Below are positions 35,164 through 50,100 of a DNA stretch of 64,000 nt, one piece after another; position 1 is the stretch's first letter, and each line of letters opens with the position of its first letter. The DNA is from Phoronis australis. Lineage: Eukaryota > Animalia > Phoronida. The notes beneath the pieces are model-generated. The model was not told where the DNA came from and did not search any database. It worked only from the letters and a program-made list of their open reading frames with translations. The translations under genes and the position numbers were made by a program. The stretch lies in NCBI GenBank assembly GCA_002633005.1, contig NMRA01000302.1, forward strand, positions 410,504-474,503. The letters are read 5' to 3'.

Positions 35164-38100
35164 ATGAGCGACGAGAGGCAACGCAGATTTATAACTTTAA
35201 ATTTACTGTTAGTGTGCTTTATATGTGTGCTGAGTAGTTACAAATGTGTGGGAAAATCTGGTAAAAAAATTTGTTACCTGTTATGATTCTTTATATTACG
35301 TAAATGTTTTCTAATCTGAATAATCACAGGCCAAATTATTCCCACGATCGACACTTTACTGTCTATAATTTAACTAGACTCTAGACTAGGCAATTACATC
35401 GCCCTGGATGCCGCAGGCATACAGGGGCGATAGTACATCCCCACAAAAAGTTACTCATTTCAATATACAGCAAATAAAATCAAATAAACCCTACATATAG
35501 GAACACGGAATTATAATTAACACATACCATGACTCTGGATACGATTTAGTCAGCAAAACTTGAACAAATCGATGAAAATGTGCCGTGGTTTGCTCGAGTT
35601 TCTCTTAGCGGGTGCCATTTTGAGGAAGTTACGAGAAATCATGCGTGTTGACGAATAAAAAATCCTAGGGACATAAATCTTACAAAATTTCCCTGATACC
35701 TTCACATGCTATTTTGCAAGTGTCACGCATTAGCGTCACACACTTCGCTCAGTCTTGCGCTAGCCTTTGCCTAACTCACGTGACCCAGTTGACATATGTG
35801 TGGTTATCGTGATCGCGGTGAAAAAGTTAACGGCAACCAAAAAAATGGGGTCGAAATTCTTCGCCAAAATCAACTTAATTCTCACAACTAAGCTTCATCG
35901 AAGATATGTGTAGAAGTAGAAAGTACCAATGAAGAAAGTAAGCGTTTTTTTAAGTGATAGTTTTAAGAGTGGAATGTATTTTTGACGAGGGGAAAGCTCA
36001 AAATCGGTGACCAGATTTGGGTTACCGCCCGTTTAAAATACATGTAACGAAATGCGTACAGAAAGCAAATGGAAGTATTGTAGCCCCTAAATGGTCAACC
36101 CAGGGGCTACGTGTTGCCTTGTTCGAGACCACACCGTAACGGTATAAATTCTGTATAATTTCTTCTGCTAAACCTAAGCTCAAAGCAATGCAATAAAATA
36201 TATTTCCTTGTGATTTCGAAAATGTTGTCACCTAAATCAGTAAAATCAATCAAGAGGCTAAGAATTTTCAATTGATAAAATACAACTTGGTTCCTAACTT
36301 AGCTCACGAGAGTGTGTACCCAGGGCCAGGGGCCAGGATTGGTAAACTTTATCTCAAGCCTTTTTTTCTCAAGGGCTCCGAAAGCACGTCTCTTGATGTT
36401 GTGATTTCCTGACTAGTAGAATTTTAATCAGATTAAATGTAATTGTTTCCAGTGTTATATAACGTATGTTTCTGCTTCAAGTATAAAAAATTTTGGAAAA
36501 GGAAATTTTCTGATCGTCTTCTTCCTCTGATCACAACTAACAACTTGTTATTAGGCACACAGTGTTCTCTGTTTGTGNGATGTATATTACATGCACATTT
36601 TCAAAAATTTTTGAAAAATGCTGTCCTCGCTACTATAATTTAACTAGACTCTACTCTCTAGACTAGGCAATTACATCGCCCTGGATGCCGCAGGCATACA
36701 GGGGCGATAGTAAATTCCCACAAAAAGTTACTCATTTCAAAATACAGCAATTAAAATCAAATAAACCCTACATATAGGAACACGGAATTATAATTAACAC
36801 ATACCATGACTCTGGATACGATTCAGTCAGCAAAACTTGAACAAGTCGATGAAAATTTGCCGTGGTTTGCTCGATTTTCTCTTAGCGGGTGCCATTTTGA
36901 GGAAGTTACGAGAAATCATGCATGTTGACGAATAAAAATTGCTAGGGACATAAATCTTACAAAATTTCCCTGATACCTTCACATGCTATTTTGCAAGTGT
37001 CACGCGTTAGCGTCACACACTTCGCTCAGTCTTGCGCTAGCCTTTGCCTAACTCACGTGACCCAGTTGACGTATGTGTGGTTATCGTGAGCGTGGTGAAA
37101 AAGTTAACGGCAACCAAAAAAATGGGGTTGAAATTCTTCGCCAAAATCAACTTAATTCTCACAACTAAGCTTCATCGAAGATATGTATAGAAGTAGAAAG
37201 TACCAATGAAGAAAGTAAGCGCTTTTTTAAGTGATAGTTTTAAGAGTGGAATGTATTTTTGATGAGGGGAAAGCTCAAAATCGGTGACAAGATTTGGGTT
37301 ACCGCCCGTTTAAAATACATGTAACGAAATGCGTACAGAAAGCAAATGGAAGTATTGTAGCCCCTAAATGGTCAACCCAGGGGCTACGTGTTGCCTTGTT
37401 CGAGACACACCGTAACGGTATAAATTCTGTATAATTTCTTCTGCTAAACCTAAGCTCAAAGCAATGCAATAAAATATATTTCCTTGTGATTTCGAAAATG
37501 TTGTCACCTAAATCAGTAAAATCAATCAAGAGGCTAAGAATTTTCAATTGATAAAATACAACTTGGTTCCTAAATTAGCTCACGAGAGTGTGTACCCAGG
37601 GCCAGGGGCCAGGATTGGTAAACTTTATCTCAAGCCTTTTTTTCTCAAGGGCTCCGAAAGCACGTCTCTTGATGTTGTGATTTCCTGACTAGTAGAATTT
37701 TAATCAGATTAAATGTAATTGTTTCCAGTGTTATATAACGTATGTTTCTGCTTCAAGTATAAAAAATTTTGGAAAAGGAAATTTTCTGATCGTCTTCTTC
37801 CTCTGATCACAACTAACAACTTGTTATTAGGCACACAGTGTTCTCTGTTTGTGTCCATTTCTGGGTTTTGGGATATCATTTTAGTTGAGTGCCAATGATA
37901 TGAGAGTCATATACACTTTTTTGTTCAGTCAGGAATTGAACCAGTGACCTGAACGAGAGTCTAGTGTCCACACCATTGGGAATTGCCCTTTGATAAGTGA
38001 TTTAGAAAAGTCTTTGTAACCCGACACAATAGGAAGTCTTGTGATACAACATAATGTATGTCATCGCTGGCTCTCACATATTTTGACAATGCGATCACTA

Positions 38101-41100
38101 ATGCCATTTTTGGAATTGGTTCTTAGGTAGAAATATGCAAAAAAACAGAAACCCAATAAAATTATCCTTACCTGTCTCTAAATTGTTTATGTAATTGTTG
38201 TTATTTCTTCCTTTAAATACAGTTATGTTTGTGTTGTCTGGTTATGGTAAATACAATCCGACTATCATTGGCACGATAAACGTAGTTGTATACCAAGCCG
38301 TGTTCTAACAATGGTGTCTGCAACTTTGCTTACCTAAATCCTTTACTTAATACCGTAGTAACAAAATACTTAAAAGAACAAGAAACTGTTGTTGTGTTAG
38401 AATATTTATTATCAGTTTAATTACGTATAGTGACAACCATTCTCCGATAATTAATTGACTTGTACATTTTATTTTGCCAGTCATAAAACTAACTTGTTCT
38501 GCTAACCTGTGGTACAGTTTTTGTTGACAGCATATTCTGACTGCTGAATTTCAGATGGCAGTAAACAAATGTCTCGAAGTTGGATCCAAAATTGCTGGTA
38601 TAATTGCAGGCTCCATCTTGATTTGTGTTCATTTGTGCCGGCCGAACTATTGTGTCTGTAATCTCTTTAATCTTTCTTAAGTCGAGGTGCAATTTCTTTT
38701 TCAGGTTTCAGAAACAAACATAAACCATGTTTCAAAGAGTTGCCAGACTACGTAATGTTGCGACATTTGTCAGTGTCGAAGCAGTTACCGATTTGTGTTG
38801 TTTATAGACAGAAAGGTAAGTGCTAAATGTTGTTTCCCATATGCTTTCATTGGACCAATTTCCTCACAGTGGTGCGCAAAACTAAACGTTTTTGTGCAGT
38901 CTGTGAGTGCCTGCACCGTTCATAGGGCTGTCAAATATTCTCACATGACAATCTTTTGACTTATGTTTGAAGGTACCTGTCTGCTCCAGGTTTAATAATT
39001 GTAACTATCGTCACTACTTATTTTCATCTTATCACTTATTTATGTGTTTTTATTATTCATTACATTTATCTTTAACTTTGACTGTTATTTTGATTTTTGT
39101 ATTGTAGTGTAATGTTTTCCCTGCTGTTTTTTGTGACGGCCTCCTGGAGAGCAGTGTTTTCATCGAAGAGGTTGTCCTACAAGAACTAACATAGTAGACA
39201 GACTGAACTAATATAGTTTACAGACAGAACTAATATAGTAGACAGACAGACCTAATATAGTACACAGACTGTTTAGAAATTGTTTTAGTTCAGCACCTAC
39301 AACAGATTTAGTTTGAGATTTACCGATTGTTTTTTTATGAGATTCCAAGACAATGTGAGTGTTTGTACGTTAAGGTGGGAATTGTATAAGAGTTGCAACA
39401 ACTCGGCATGTCTATCACTGAACTTGTTATAGCCTTGTTCTATGTACAATTTGGTTGACCTGAAACGTCATTGATTTTGTAGGAAAAGGATCAAAACTGG
39501 AAACAGAACTGTGTCATTTCTGGAAGACAAGAGACAAGCTGCAGAATTACTCATCTTGGCAAGTTGGAGCATTTGCTGCTGACATTGTATGTTGATGAAA
39601 TGATTTCTTAAAACTGCATCATTAACCCATCTTTCATCCAAAAATGACTTTGATTTAGTTCACTTACCTTGATGAAACTGAGAGGTCTTATTTTTTTCTT
39701 ACTCAGATGAGAACTGAGTGTATTCGTTGCTCAAGACGAGGCTCAACAGGTTGGCTTGTCACGGCGATACTCAAGCAATAAGAATGTGATGGTTTTTACA
39801 AAATGAAATTTCACTTGTCGACCATGTTGCGTGCTATGAGTCTATTGTTTGTAGCGAGAGATCGTCTAAATCAAAAATAATTTCTTTGATGGACAACATG
39901 CTCGTTGCAGCTATAAAAAGACAGAATGATGTGAATTTTTCCATTCTTGCCAGTGTTTATGACTTTTGATGCAAGTTCATAGCAATTTGGAAATTTTGGT
40001 ATTGTGTTAAAAAAAGAAGTTTGGGGGTTAAGGATGTTTTGGCAAATCTTTGTAGTTCAATTGATTTATGGATGTGACATCAATAGATGATTCATATCAT
40101 GTATCATGTCACCGTGTTTGCCTCGTAGGAATTTAAGTGGGACTATGTTGTTGATGGTAGCGGCTGCATTCTGTAGACATAAATGATAGACTTAGAAACC
40201 TGTGGAATGAACAGGGTGGGTACTGGGAATGTGTGACTGTGATGCTAAGCATGTTTCAAATGAACAACGTTGTTGACTGAGAAGTTGCGTGATACGTTAG
40301 TCAAAAAATTGCACCGTATTTCAGTTGACAATGTTGCTTGGCTGAAATGGGCTTTAGATTTTGTTTCACAGATTGTTGAAAATATTTTTTTTAATCTTCA
40401 GCCATCTAAACATTGATTTGAAATGTTTTCACCAATACACCAAAAAGTCCTGTTCAAACACATGTGTGGCAAATGACGTTGAAAACGTTTTTATGCGAAA
40501 TCTGATTCATTGCCTCCAAACTGGTGTGTTCATTGTCCCCAAACTGGTGTGTTCATTGTCCCAAAACTGGTGTGTTTATTGTCCCCAAACTGGTGTGTTC
40601 ATTTTCCCCAAACTGGTGTGTTTATTGTCCCCAAACTGGTGTGTTCATTGTCCCCCAAACTGGTGTATTTATTGTCCCCAAACCAGTGTGTTTATTGTCC
40701 CCAAACTGGTGTGTTTATTGTCCCCAAACCGGTGGGTTTATTGTCCCCAAACTGGTGTGTTTATTGATATAGAATTGCTATTAGTAAGCCCATAACGTAC
40801 TTTTGTAATTTTTTAAAGTTTAAAAAGACTGCGGTGCGATGGCTAAATTCCAACTGCCATGTGCTGGTCACAATAGCATTCCCATTGCACTAAGCACCTG
40901 GTTGAAACTCATGAGAAATAAGTTGTTGTAGTTTCCACCACTGACTGCGGTCACAATTACTGACTGTCAAGTTTTAGAAGTTACGACTGAAAAGTCAAAG
41001 TTTGTCTCAATGTTGAGCATCACATATTTGAGATGACTGACTTGCTTGGACTCACCGACAATGTTTCTCATAACCTTAATGTTTTTAGCCTCAGGACAAA

Positions 41101-44100
41101 CAGATCAACCTGCCAACAAAGTTACCTACTCTGCGATGTGACCTTGGGATGCTGCGTCCATTTGACTTTGCTGGCAAAGTCACTGCGGGCAGAATCTCTG
41201 ATTGGTTTTCTAGACTCGTAAGTTTCTTTACGTTCTAATGGCTGTTAAGCTAGTTGTTGTTACTCTAAAAATAAAAGGTGTTGAGTCAGTGATATATAAA
41301 CTAAGTTTAGTTATATTTACCGGGAGTTGGACCAAAAGTATTATAGACAAAGTCAGCTTTTCTACAACATTTGATTTGAATGAATGAGACCAGCTTTAAG
41401 AAAGCCAAGCATGACCAAATGAAACTAGGTTACAAAGAATAGAGTAATTTTAAATGTCACACTTGTTTAGATATTCTTGTGGATTAACCTTTGACCTCAG
41501 TCCTGTTTTTGTATTTGTCTTCCCCAAATACAGCGTGCTTGGTATTTGTTGACTTCAATGGTTTCCACAATTCTGACATCTTTAAGTGCTGAATGAGTGA
41601 CTTGCTCGAAGTAAAGGATTGAGATTACCAAATTCTAAATAAAATTCATGTGTTGAGATGTGAAAATTCAAATTTGTTCTTTTTATCTCTTACATGCTGG
41701 CTTTATTTTACGATGTAAAGATTTTAAATGATTTTCTAATATGTTCAAAACAATGCGCTACATGTGTGTCAGTGGTCTTTGATCTCACTGAAAATCTTCG
41801 TGTAAAAGTTGGAAAAGTTTGATCTTTATTGCTATATTTTGTACATATTCAAAGAAACTAGCATTTAATTAATTCCAATAAAAAAACATTGCCCCTTAAA
41901 GTATTGACTGCCTTGCCAACAACACTGTCTCATTTCAGGCAGCGAGGCACAATGATGCCTTGATGAGCGCGTCTCTGTCAAGTCTGAGAATTGTTCCACC
42001 GAGGCACAACTTCACGCTTATTGGCTTCCCTGCCGACGGGGCCCGCATTCAAATGGAAACCATGCTACTAGAGGTCAGTACAGTCATTCAGGAAGATGAA
42101 GACATTGCATTAGTAGTGCATTCTGTTTTATTTTATATTTTTCTTAATATGAAGATGAATGATGTTTTGGTTTTGGGTTTTTGTATTTTTTACTTTTACA
42201 TTCATTTTTACGTAATCCAAATTTTCGTTTATTGATTTCTAGAGTCAAGCTACAAACTTACATTACTTGTAGTTTATGCTTAATTCTGTCTTATCCAAGC
42301 ATTTATTTTTATTTTTATTGTTTAGGTGCGAGACAGCTGGCGAGACAGTGTGGATGCCATGTTAGTTCACCCACACTCTGAAGATGGCGTTGTGATCACC
42401 AACATGTTTTCTGTTACAACATGGCCGACAGTTATTGTGCTGGACTCTAATGGTAGGAAACAGCATATAATTACTGACTGTTTTATGTGGAAACATTCAG
42501 ATTTCATTTCAATCGAATTTTTTAAATTTTGCTCAAAAAGTACTGTCAAAATTACCATTTTTGGATTTTCAATATTTATTCATCACTCTGAATGCCCAAA
42601 TTTTCACATCTTTTTCACTGTTAGATTTTTCAATCATTGAGGATTCAGAAAATGTGTAGTTTTAGGAGGTATAATTGATGAAGTCTAAAATGACGGATTT
42701 TGATAATGCACCAAAAAGTTGTTTTTGTTGGAACTTTGCCATTGCTAATTTTGCCACATATAGAACTTGTGCTCATGTGTCATAATGATTGTAACATGCA
42801 AGATTAATTTTTAAATAGATTCTAAAGCTTAATCTTTGTAATTTCAGGAGAAGTTGAATCTCGTTTCGAAGATGATGTCACCAGAGACACTCTTGATGTA
42901 TACCTGTATGTCAAGAGAATACCAGCTCTTCACCTAACGGAGGTACAAATGTCGGCACAATATCATTTGATGAGTTTTGTCTAAATATTTTAGTGGTGCA
43001 AGTCAAAATTTTCAATGGGTTTTTAAAGTAAAGTTACTTGCTATTAATTATATCCATCTTCATTTTCGTGACTTTTGTGAACTTTACTTTTATTTTTGTT
43101 TCAAATCAAAAAATATTCAGATAGATCCCTGCATTTCAACGGTGCTCAAGTTTTTATTCCGTTTTCATATTAACATAGCATTTAAAAAATATTCTAGTAT
43201 AATTGTTTAATGGTTCCTGCAGTTTCATGTTTTAACACAAAAAGAGCTTTTATTTGTTGTTTGTTTTTCATCTCCAGGAAAACTTTGAAGAGGAAATCCT
43301 GCGGTATCATCGCCAATTTGTCCCCAGCCTCGTCTGTTTCTATGCGGACTACGCTCCTAATGTTATGCAGTATTTGTATGCTTTTGAACGTGCGGTGTTA
43401 GATTTCTCAGAGGCTGGCTTCAACATCAAGTTTGGCTTGGTGGACTTGAAAACTCAGGAATCTGGTTAGTTTACCTATCATATTTGTGTCTAGTGTTTTT
43501 GTCTGTTGTGTTTTGTCAGTTGTGCGTTTTGACATCCATGTACACATTTTAGAAGGCTGTTTGTGAGCTTTTGTATATCTATTGACTGAATTCTTGTGAT
43601 TCACGCATGCAGTTCAACATTACCTTGGTTTGAATGGCGATCACTGTGTGTTGTTTTTGAACACATTTTTGTCATCTGTGTTATTGACAAAATTAGACAA
43701 GGTAACTACTAACATCAGAATTCAATTTAACCACTAACAAATTAACGTAAATCAACTAAATCGAAATATAGATGACAAAAACGTTGATTTTTACAATTTT
43801 TGTAAAAACTGGAAATTGTGCTGATTTAGTACATCGAGCAGCTGTTTCACTGTGGGCCTATATACAAGAGCGTGTGTCTTTCACAGTGTATGATAGGACT
43901 CTGAGAAAGCTAGAATCCTCAAAAGCTAGTGAAGTGTTTGATGCCACTTGCTTATTAGATATTTAGTAAATGAAGAAATCATGAAAGTTAAATATGTTAA
44001 TCTTACTTTCAAATTAATTTTGAAATTTTGGAATATCACGTGAATTGAAGGAGACATGGTTCATGTCTTTTCAGTGTTATACCAGTCACTTAAAGGGGAG

Positions 44101-47100
44101 GTACAACACCATGTCGAGTCGTATCCGTTCACCGTGCTCTTTCACCCGGTCAAGAAAGATAACCACAGTAAGTGCTGTCTTGTTTTTCAAGACGAAATGC
44201 TCCTTCGAGTAAAGGTTAGCTAAATACAATGGAGTTAATTCTTGAAAAGTTCTATTTTTGTGCCGCACATATTGTTGAATAGTTCTGTTTTGGTGCAATG
44301 TTATGTCAAGTGTTGTCCATGTAACCTGACACTTTTCTTATTTGTCTGTCCCCTCAGTAAACATCAGGCAGACCCTCTTCCCAGGAGGTCATCCCACTCC
44401 CGGCGAGTTGCACCCATTCTTGAAGTACCATCAACTGGTAGTGGACTCTCTGAAGCGCAAACTCACCTACCAGCCATGGGGAGTGTCACCTGTAAATGAG
44501 GTCAGTTTGATTATTTGGTTATTAATTTTGTCATTACTGATTATATTTCAATGCAAATAACAACTGTGGTAAGTAGGTCATTACAAATACTATGGTAAGT
44601 AGGTCAAGTTCTATGGTAAGTAGGTCAAGTCAAAATGATTAAACTGAAATAAGTCGAGCTAGCGGAGACGTTTCACACACGATGCACTCAGTGAACTCCA
44701 GTTACGGTTGTTTGAATATTCATTGTGATGGAAAGTTTATGGTGTTGATTATTCAGTGGTTTAATAACAGCTTGTGGCTTCTTACTGGCTGCAGTGGCAA
44801 GATATGCCACTAAGTACAATCTCATTTGGAATGACGAAGTTGTACGCTTTGGTCGTTTTTTGCAAAAAAGCCCTTTTCTAGGTTCCCCATTTCATTCAAA
44901 CCTTGACAACCTATGCTTAGGTATAGTTTTGGACAAAATTACTGATAGTAAGGTCAAATTTTTGAAATTAATAAAAAGTTTGGTTGAGTCGTATTTTGTT
45001 GGACAATCAAGGAGGGGCACCAATGTCAGAAAAGATCAAAGCCTGTGTGATTTTGTTGGTATTTTTAAAAAAATTGTGACGAGTACATATTTCAGAATCC
45101 TATGACACATCATCTAAAATTCCATCCCACCAATGTCTCAGCAGCTGTTACCAAGGTTGGTGTCGTCTGCCACTTTTATGCAAGAAATGAATTGCAAAAC
45201 TATGTAATATGAGCACTTGCCTAAAACACAATTTCAAATCATACATACCTTTTGTATACTGTTTTGCAGATTACATCAGTTAGAGAGGGGCCTTTTGGCA
45301 CTTCTTGCACCCCATTCAGCCACAATCTGACCGACAACAATCCCAGACCTCCCCCTACATTCAAAAGAAGGAAAAAGAAACCCAAGGTGGCAAAGAAAAA
45401 GAAGAATGTCCACAGCGTATGTAGATGTTTTCCACTTTTTGTTTAAATTTTGTTTATTCAAGATTTGGTAATGCAGCATGTGAAGTGCAGAATGATGTAA
45501 ACTCTTGAAAACATATCAAACTATTTTCATTTAATTCACCAGGTTTTCAGTTGTTTTGCGAAATTTTTCACTGAAATGTCTAATGCTGATTTGATGTGTG
45601 ATTCATATTACATAGTCACATTAACGCAATTCTGGATCCGATGAAAATAATGAAAATTAATATCTGTCCATTTTGATATCATTTTCAATGTCACCATGTA
45701 GATTTCGTTAATCATCAACGAGGTTGATAAAGAGGTTACATAGAATATTAAAAGAGAGTAGATGAAATCAATTTTTTATTTCTTTTAGTCAATTCATATG
45801 GGTCTGAAATCAAAACATTGTTTTCATTAAATTTGTTGTTGATGATGATGTCTTTTTTCACAAAATAGTTCAACCTTATCGATCGACGTTTGCCCAAACT
45901 TGGCACTGTGCCAGTTGTCAGTGAGACCACGTGGTCTGAAGTTATTGAGAAATCTCACGCTCCAGATGTTGATCCTCTGTCTCTTCACAAAGAATGGAAA
46001 GGGGAGATAACTAAAGTTGCTCTGGTAAATATATGGACTTGATTTGAAGGGGAGATAACTAAAGTTGCTCTGGTAAATATATGGACTTGATTTGAAGTAC
46101 AAGAAGATTACTGCCTAATACAAAGCATAATTTTTCACATATATTATTTAGCTCACAATATGGCGGATTAGTGAAATTCTGTAGATATGTTAAATTTGAC
46201 CTAAAAAGGGAAATAGTAAGAACATTTTAGATGTCATGAAACAACATGAGCAGGAATTCCCATTGTTTACAAAAGTATAAACAAACTTTGAAAAATGGAA
46301 AATGACCATTTTGGTAATTATTTTTTGCAAAGCGAGTGGAGAATTGTCTTGCATTTATTTATCAGTTTTGTTAATTAGTAATTACACGATAACACGCTGA
46401 GGTTCAGTTAAATTTCATAATGTAGTTATAAGCATGTGCAAAAGCTCGTCTACGTTTTTGTTATTTCTTTCTCTTTGTCGCTGTTTTTGAGTTCTGTGAC
46501 AAATGACCACTTGACACTGATCGTCTTGTCTGTTTGCATTGTCACAGTTAATGTCTAAATAGGGCTTTATACCATGAGAGCAACTGATAAGGCTCATTTC
46601 ATCACTTTCTGATAATGATGTGCAAGATTTACTTACAAGAAAGCATGTTGTTGAGAACAGCAGAGGTTGTCGCCTTCTCTCTAAGTGTTTTGTTCACTGA
46701 CTATTTCCCCGTCAGGTTGACCTCAATTTACATCCTAGTCTATTTGATGTACCGAATCCAGCCAGTGAACAAGACCCTGAGAGACGGTGGATATCTATTG
46801 CTTTCCTAACAACCTACCTTGCGTATAAAATGACGGCCTTTCAGATTAATTTGTAACCTTTGGGCAATTTTAATTTTAATTTGTTGCTACTGTTTGTTTC
46901 TGTTTTGTTTACCCAAATTGTGGAGGTGACATAACATTGTTGTACCACAGGCTACAAATTAATTTATTTGAAGGTACATTGTGATAACGTGTTTTTCTCT
47001 TAAGCGATCCTTATATGTATCATATAAAATAGTGCTGATGCTGCAATGCCTGCATCGCATCAGATGGGTGTAGGCCACATAACTCAGGTCCATTGCATCA

Positions 47101-50100
47101 GGTGTTTGTAGGCCACATAACTCAGGTCCATTGCATCAGGTGGTTGCAGGCCACATAACTCAGGTCCTCTGCATCAGGTGGTTGTAGGCCACATAACTCA
47201 GGTCTATTGTATCAGGTGGTTGTAGGCCACATAACTCAGGTCCATTGCTCAGAACACTTGATTAATACTCATGAAAAACTAACATGCACTCAGACTCTTC
47301 TAGAGAGATTGTTGTAGTCTGTAGACATGTAGGCCTCATTATTTTGTATATTTAATGTCTGCACTATAGTAGTCCATAGACATGTTGCTATATATAGTAA
47401 ATGTCTGTACTTTTTATCCAGGTTATATTTGTTATCTCTGACTGCGGTAGCTGCAGAAGAAACCAGCCAGTATTTGAAGAGCTTTACTCAGCCGTGCAGT
47501 TCATCAGTAAGTACTCCGCTGGAAAGCTGTCAGTGAAAATTAGAATAATTACTGTAACATGCTTTTACTTGTTGGCTAGTAAAGCCATAAATGTAAGTTA
47601 ATCTACTAGAAATTGGTAAATGAGTGCTAAAACCAGAACATCTTGTGGTAACACTGTTGGTCTATTGTATCACCTCTGTCAGTCCATGATATTGCAATTT
47701 ATTTCAGCCAGAGTTTTAGTGCTTTAGACTCATTGCTTATGCGGCAATTGCTCGGTTTCACACANTTAGTCAATTCATATGGGTCTGAAATCAAAACATT
47801 GTTTTCATTAAATTTGTTGCTTGATGATGTTGTCTTTTTTCACAAAATAGTTCAACCTTATCGATCGACGTTTGCCCAAACTTGGCACTGTGCCAGTTGT
47901 CAGTGAGACCACGTGGTCTGAAGTTATTGAGAAATCTCACGCTCCAGTGGTTGATCCTCTGTCTCTTCACAAAGAATGGAAAGGGGAGATCACTAAAGTT
48001 GCTCTGGTAAATATATGGACTTGGTTTGAAGTACAAGAAGATTACTTTCTAATACAAAGCATAATTTTTCACATATTTAGCTCACAATATGGCCGATGAG
48101 TGAAATTCTGTTATGTTAAATTTGACCTAAAAAGGGGAATAGTAAGAACATTTTAGATGTCATGAAACAACATGGGCAGGAATTCCCATTGTTTACAAAA
48201 GGATAAACAAACTTTGAAAAATGGAAAATGACCATTTTGGTAATTATTTTTTGCAAAGCGAGTGTAGAATTGTCTTGTATTTATTTGTCAGTTTTGTTAT
48301 CAGTAATTACACAATAACGCGCTGAGGTTCAGTTGAATGTCAGAACGTAGTTATAAGCATTGTGCAAAAGCTCGTCTTAAGTTTTTGTTATTTCTTTCTC
48401 TTTGTGGCTGTTTTTGAGTTGTGACAAATGACCACTTGACACTGATCGTCTTGTCTGTTTGCATTGTCACAGTTAATGTCTAGGGCTTTGTACCATGAGA
48501 GCAACTGATAAGGCTCATTTCATCACTTTCTGATAATGATGTGCAAGGTTTACTTACAAGGAAGCATGTTGTTGTGAACAGCAGAGGTTGTCGCCCTCTC
48601 TCTAAGAGTTTTGTTCACTGACTATTTCCCTGTCAGGTTGACCTCAATTTACGTCCTGGTGTACCTGATTCACCAAATCCAGCCAGTGAACAAGACCCCG
48701 AGAGAGAGGGTGGATATCTATGGCTTTCCTAACAACCTACCTGGCGTATAAAATGACTGCCTTTCAGATTAATTTGTAACCTTTGAGCAATTTTAATTTT
48801 AATTTGTTGCTACTGTTTGTTCCTGTTTGATTTACCCAAACTGTGGAGGTGACTAGAAATAACATTGTTGTACCACAGACTACAAATTAATTTATTTGAA
48901 GCTACATTGTAATGTGTTTTTCTCTAAAGCGATCCTTATATGTATCATATAAAATAGTGTTGATGCTGCGATGCCTGCTTTGCATCAGGTGGGTGTAGGC
49001 CACATAACTCAGGTCCATTGCATCAGGTGGGTGTAGGCCACATAACTCAGGTCCATTGCATCAGGTGGGTGTAGGCCACATAACTCAGGTCCATTGCTCA
49101 GAACACTTGATTAATACTCATGAAAAACTAACATGCACTCAGACTCTTCTAGAGAGATTGTTGTAGTCTGTAGACATGTAGGCCTCATTATTTTGTATAT
49201 TTAATGTCTGTACTATAGTAGTCCATAGACATGTTACTATATACAGTAAATGTCTGTACTTTTTATCCAGGTTATATTTGTAATCTCTGACTGCAGTAGC
49301 TGCAGAAGGAACCAGCCAGTATTTGAAGAGCTTTACTCAGCCGTGCAGTTCATCAGTAAGTACTCCGCTGGAAAGCTGTCAGTGAAAATTAGAATAATTA
49401 CTGTAACATGCTTTTACTTGTTGGCTAGTAAAGCCATAAATGTAAGTTAATCTACTGGAAATTGGTAAATGAGTGCTAAAACCAGAACATCTTGTGGTAA
49501 CACTGTTGGTCTATTGTATCACCTCTGTCAGTCCATGATATTGCAATTTATTTCAGCCAGAGTTTTAGTGCTTTAGACTCATTGCTTATGCGGCAATTGC
49601 GCGGTTTCACACATAAGAAACTTTAGTTAGATCAGTGTACGTGATATCAAGAGTTGACAATACTTGTGGTTTTTGGACAAATCTATTGAGTTTCTAATGA
49701 GTTCTGGGGCAAGATTTTTAGCCGTGCTCCCTAGCTCAAAATCATCAGTGCAGCCAAAAAAGTAATGCAGTGTTCCAAGTCATGTGTTATGTACGCTGCA
49801 TAACACGCAGATGTGGTTTTGACTAAAAAAGGCTTAAAAGAAAGTAACTTTGCTACCTAAATGCCTAGTAGCCAAGATCTTCTGTATGGTCTGAACCAGT
49901 AACGGTGCTTAATCGACACAATTATCTGCAAGTAAAAGTACCTTAATCTTTCCTTTCAGAGGGTGGTGCAGCCTACATGGTCAACTGTACCTCTGATCCT
50001 CGCCTGTGTAAAGAGAACGACGTGACTGGTTTCCCTACGCTCAGTGCCTTCAGAGGTGTCGGCTGGCTAGAGAGCGACAATTGCATCTCTAAGGAAACGA

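Noticed and set aside
40361-40795. 144-aa Cys/Pro-rich repetitive ORFs
   Set aside because: They are translations of a 23-bp intronic minisatellite that is open in several frames.
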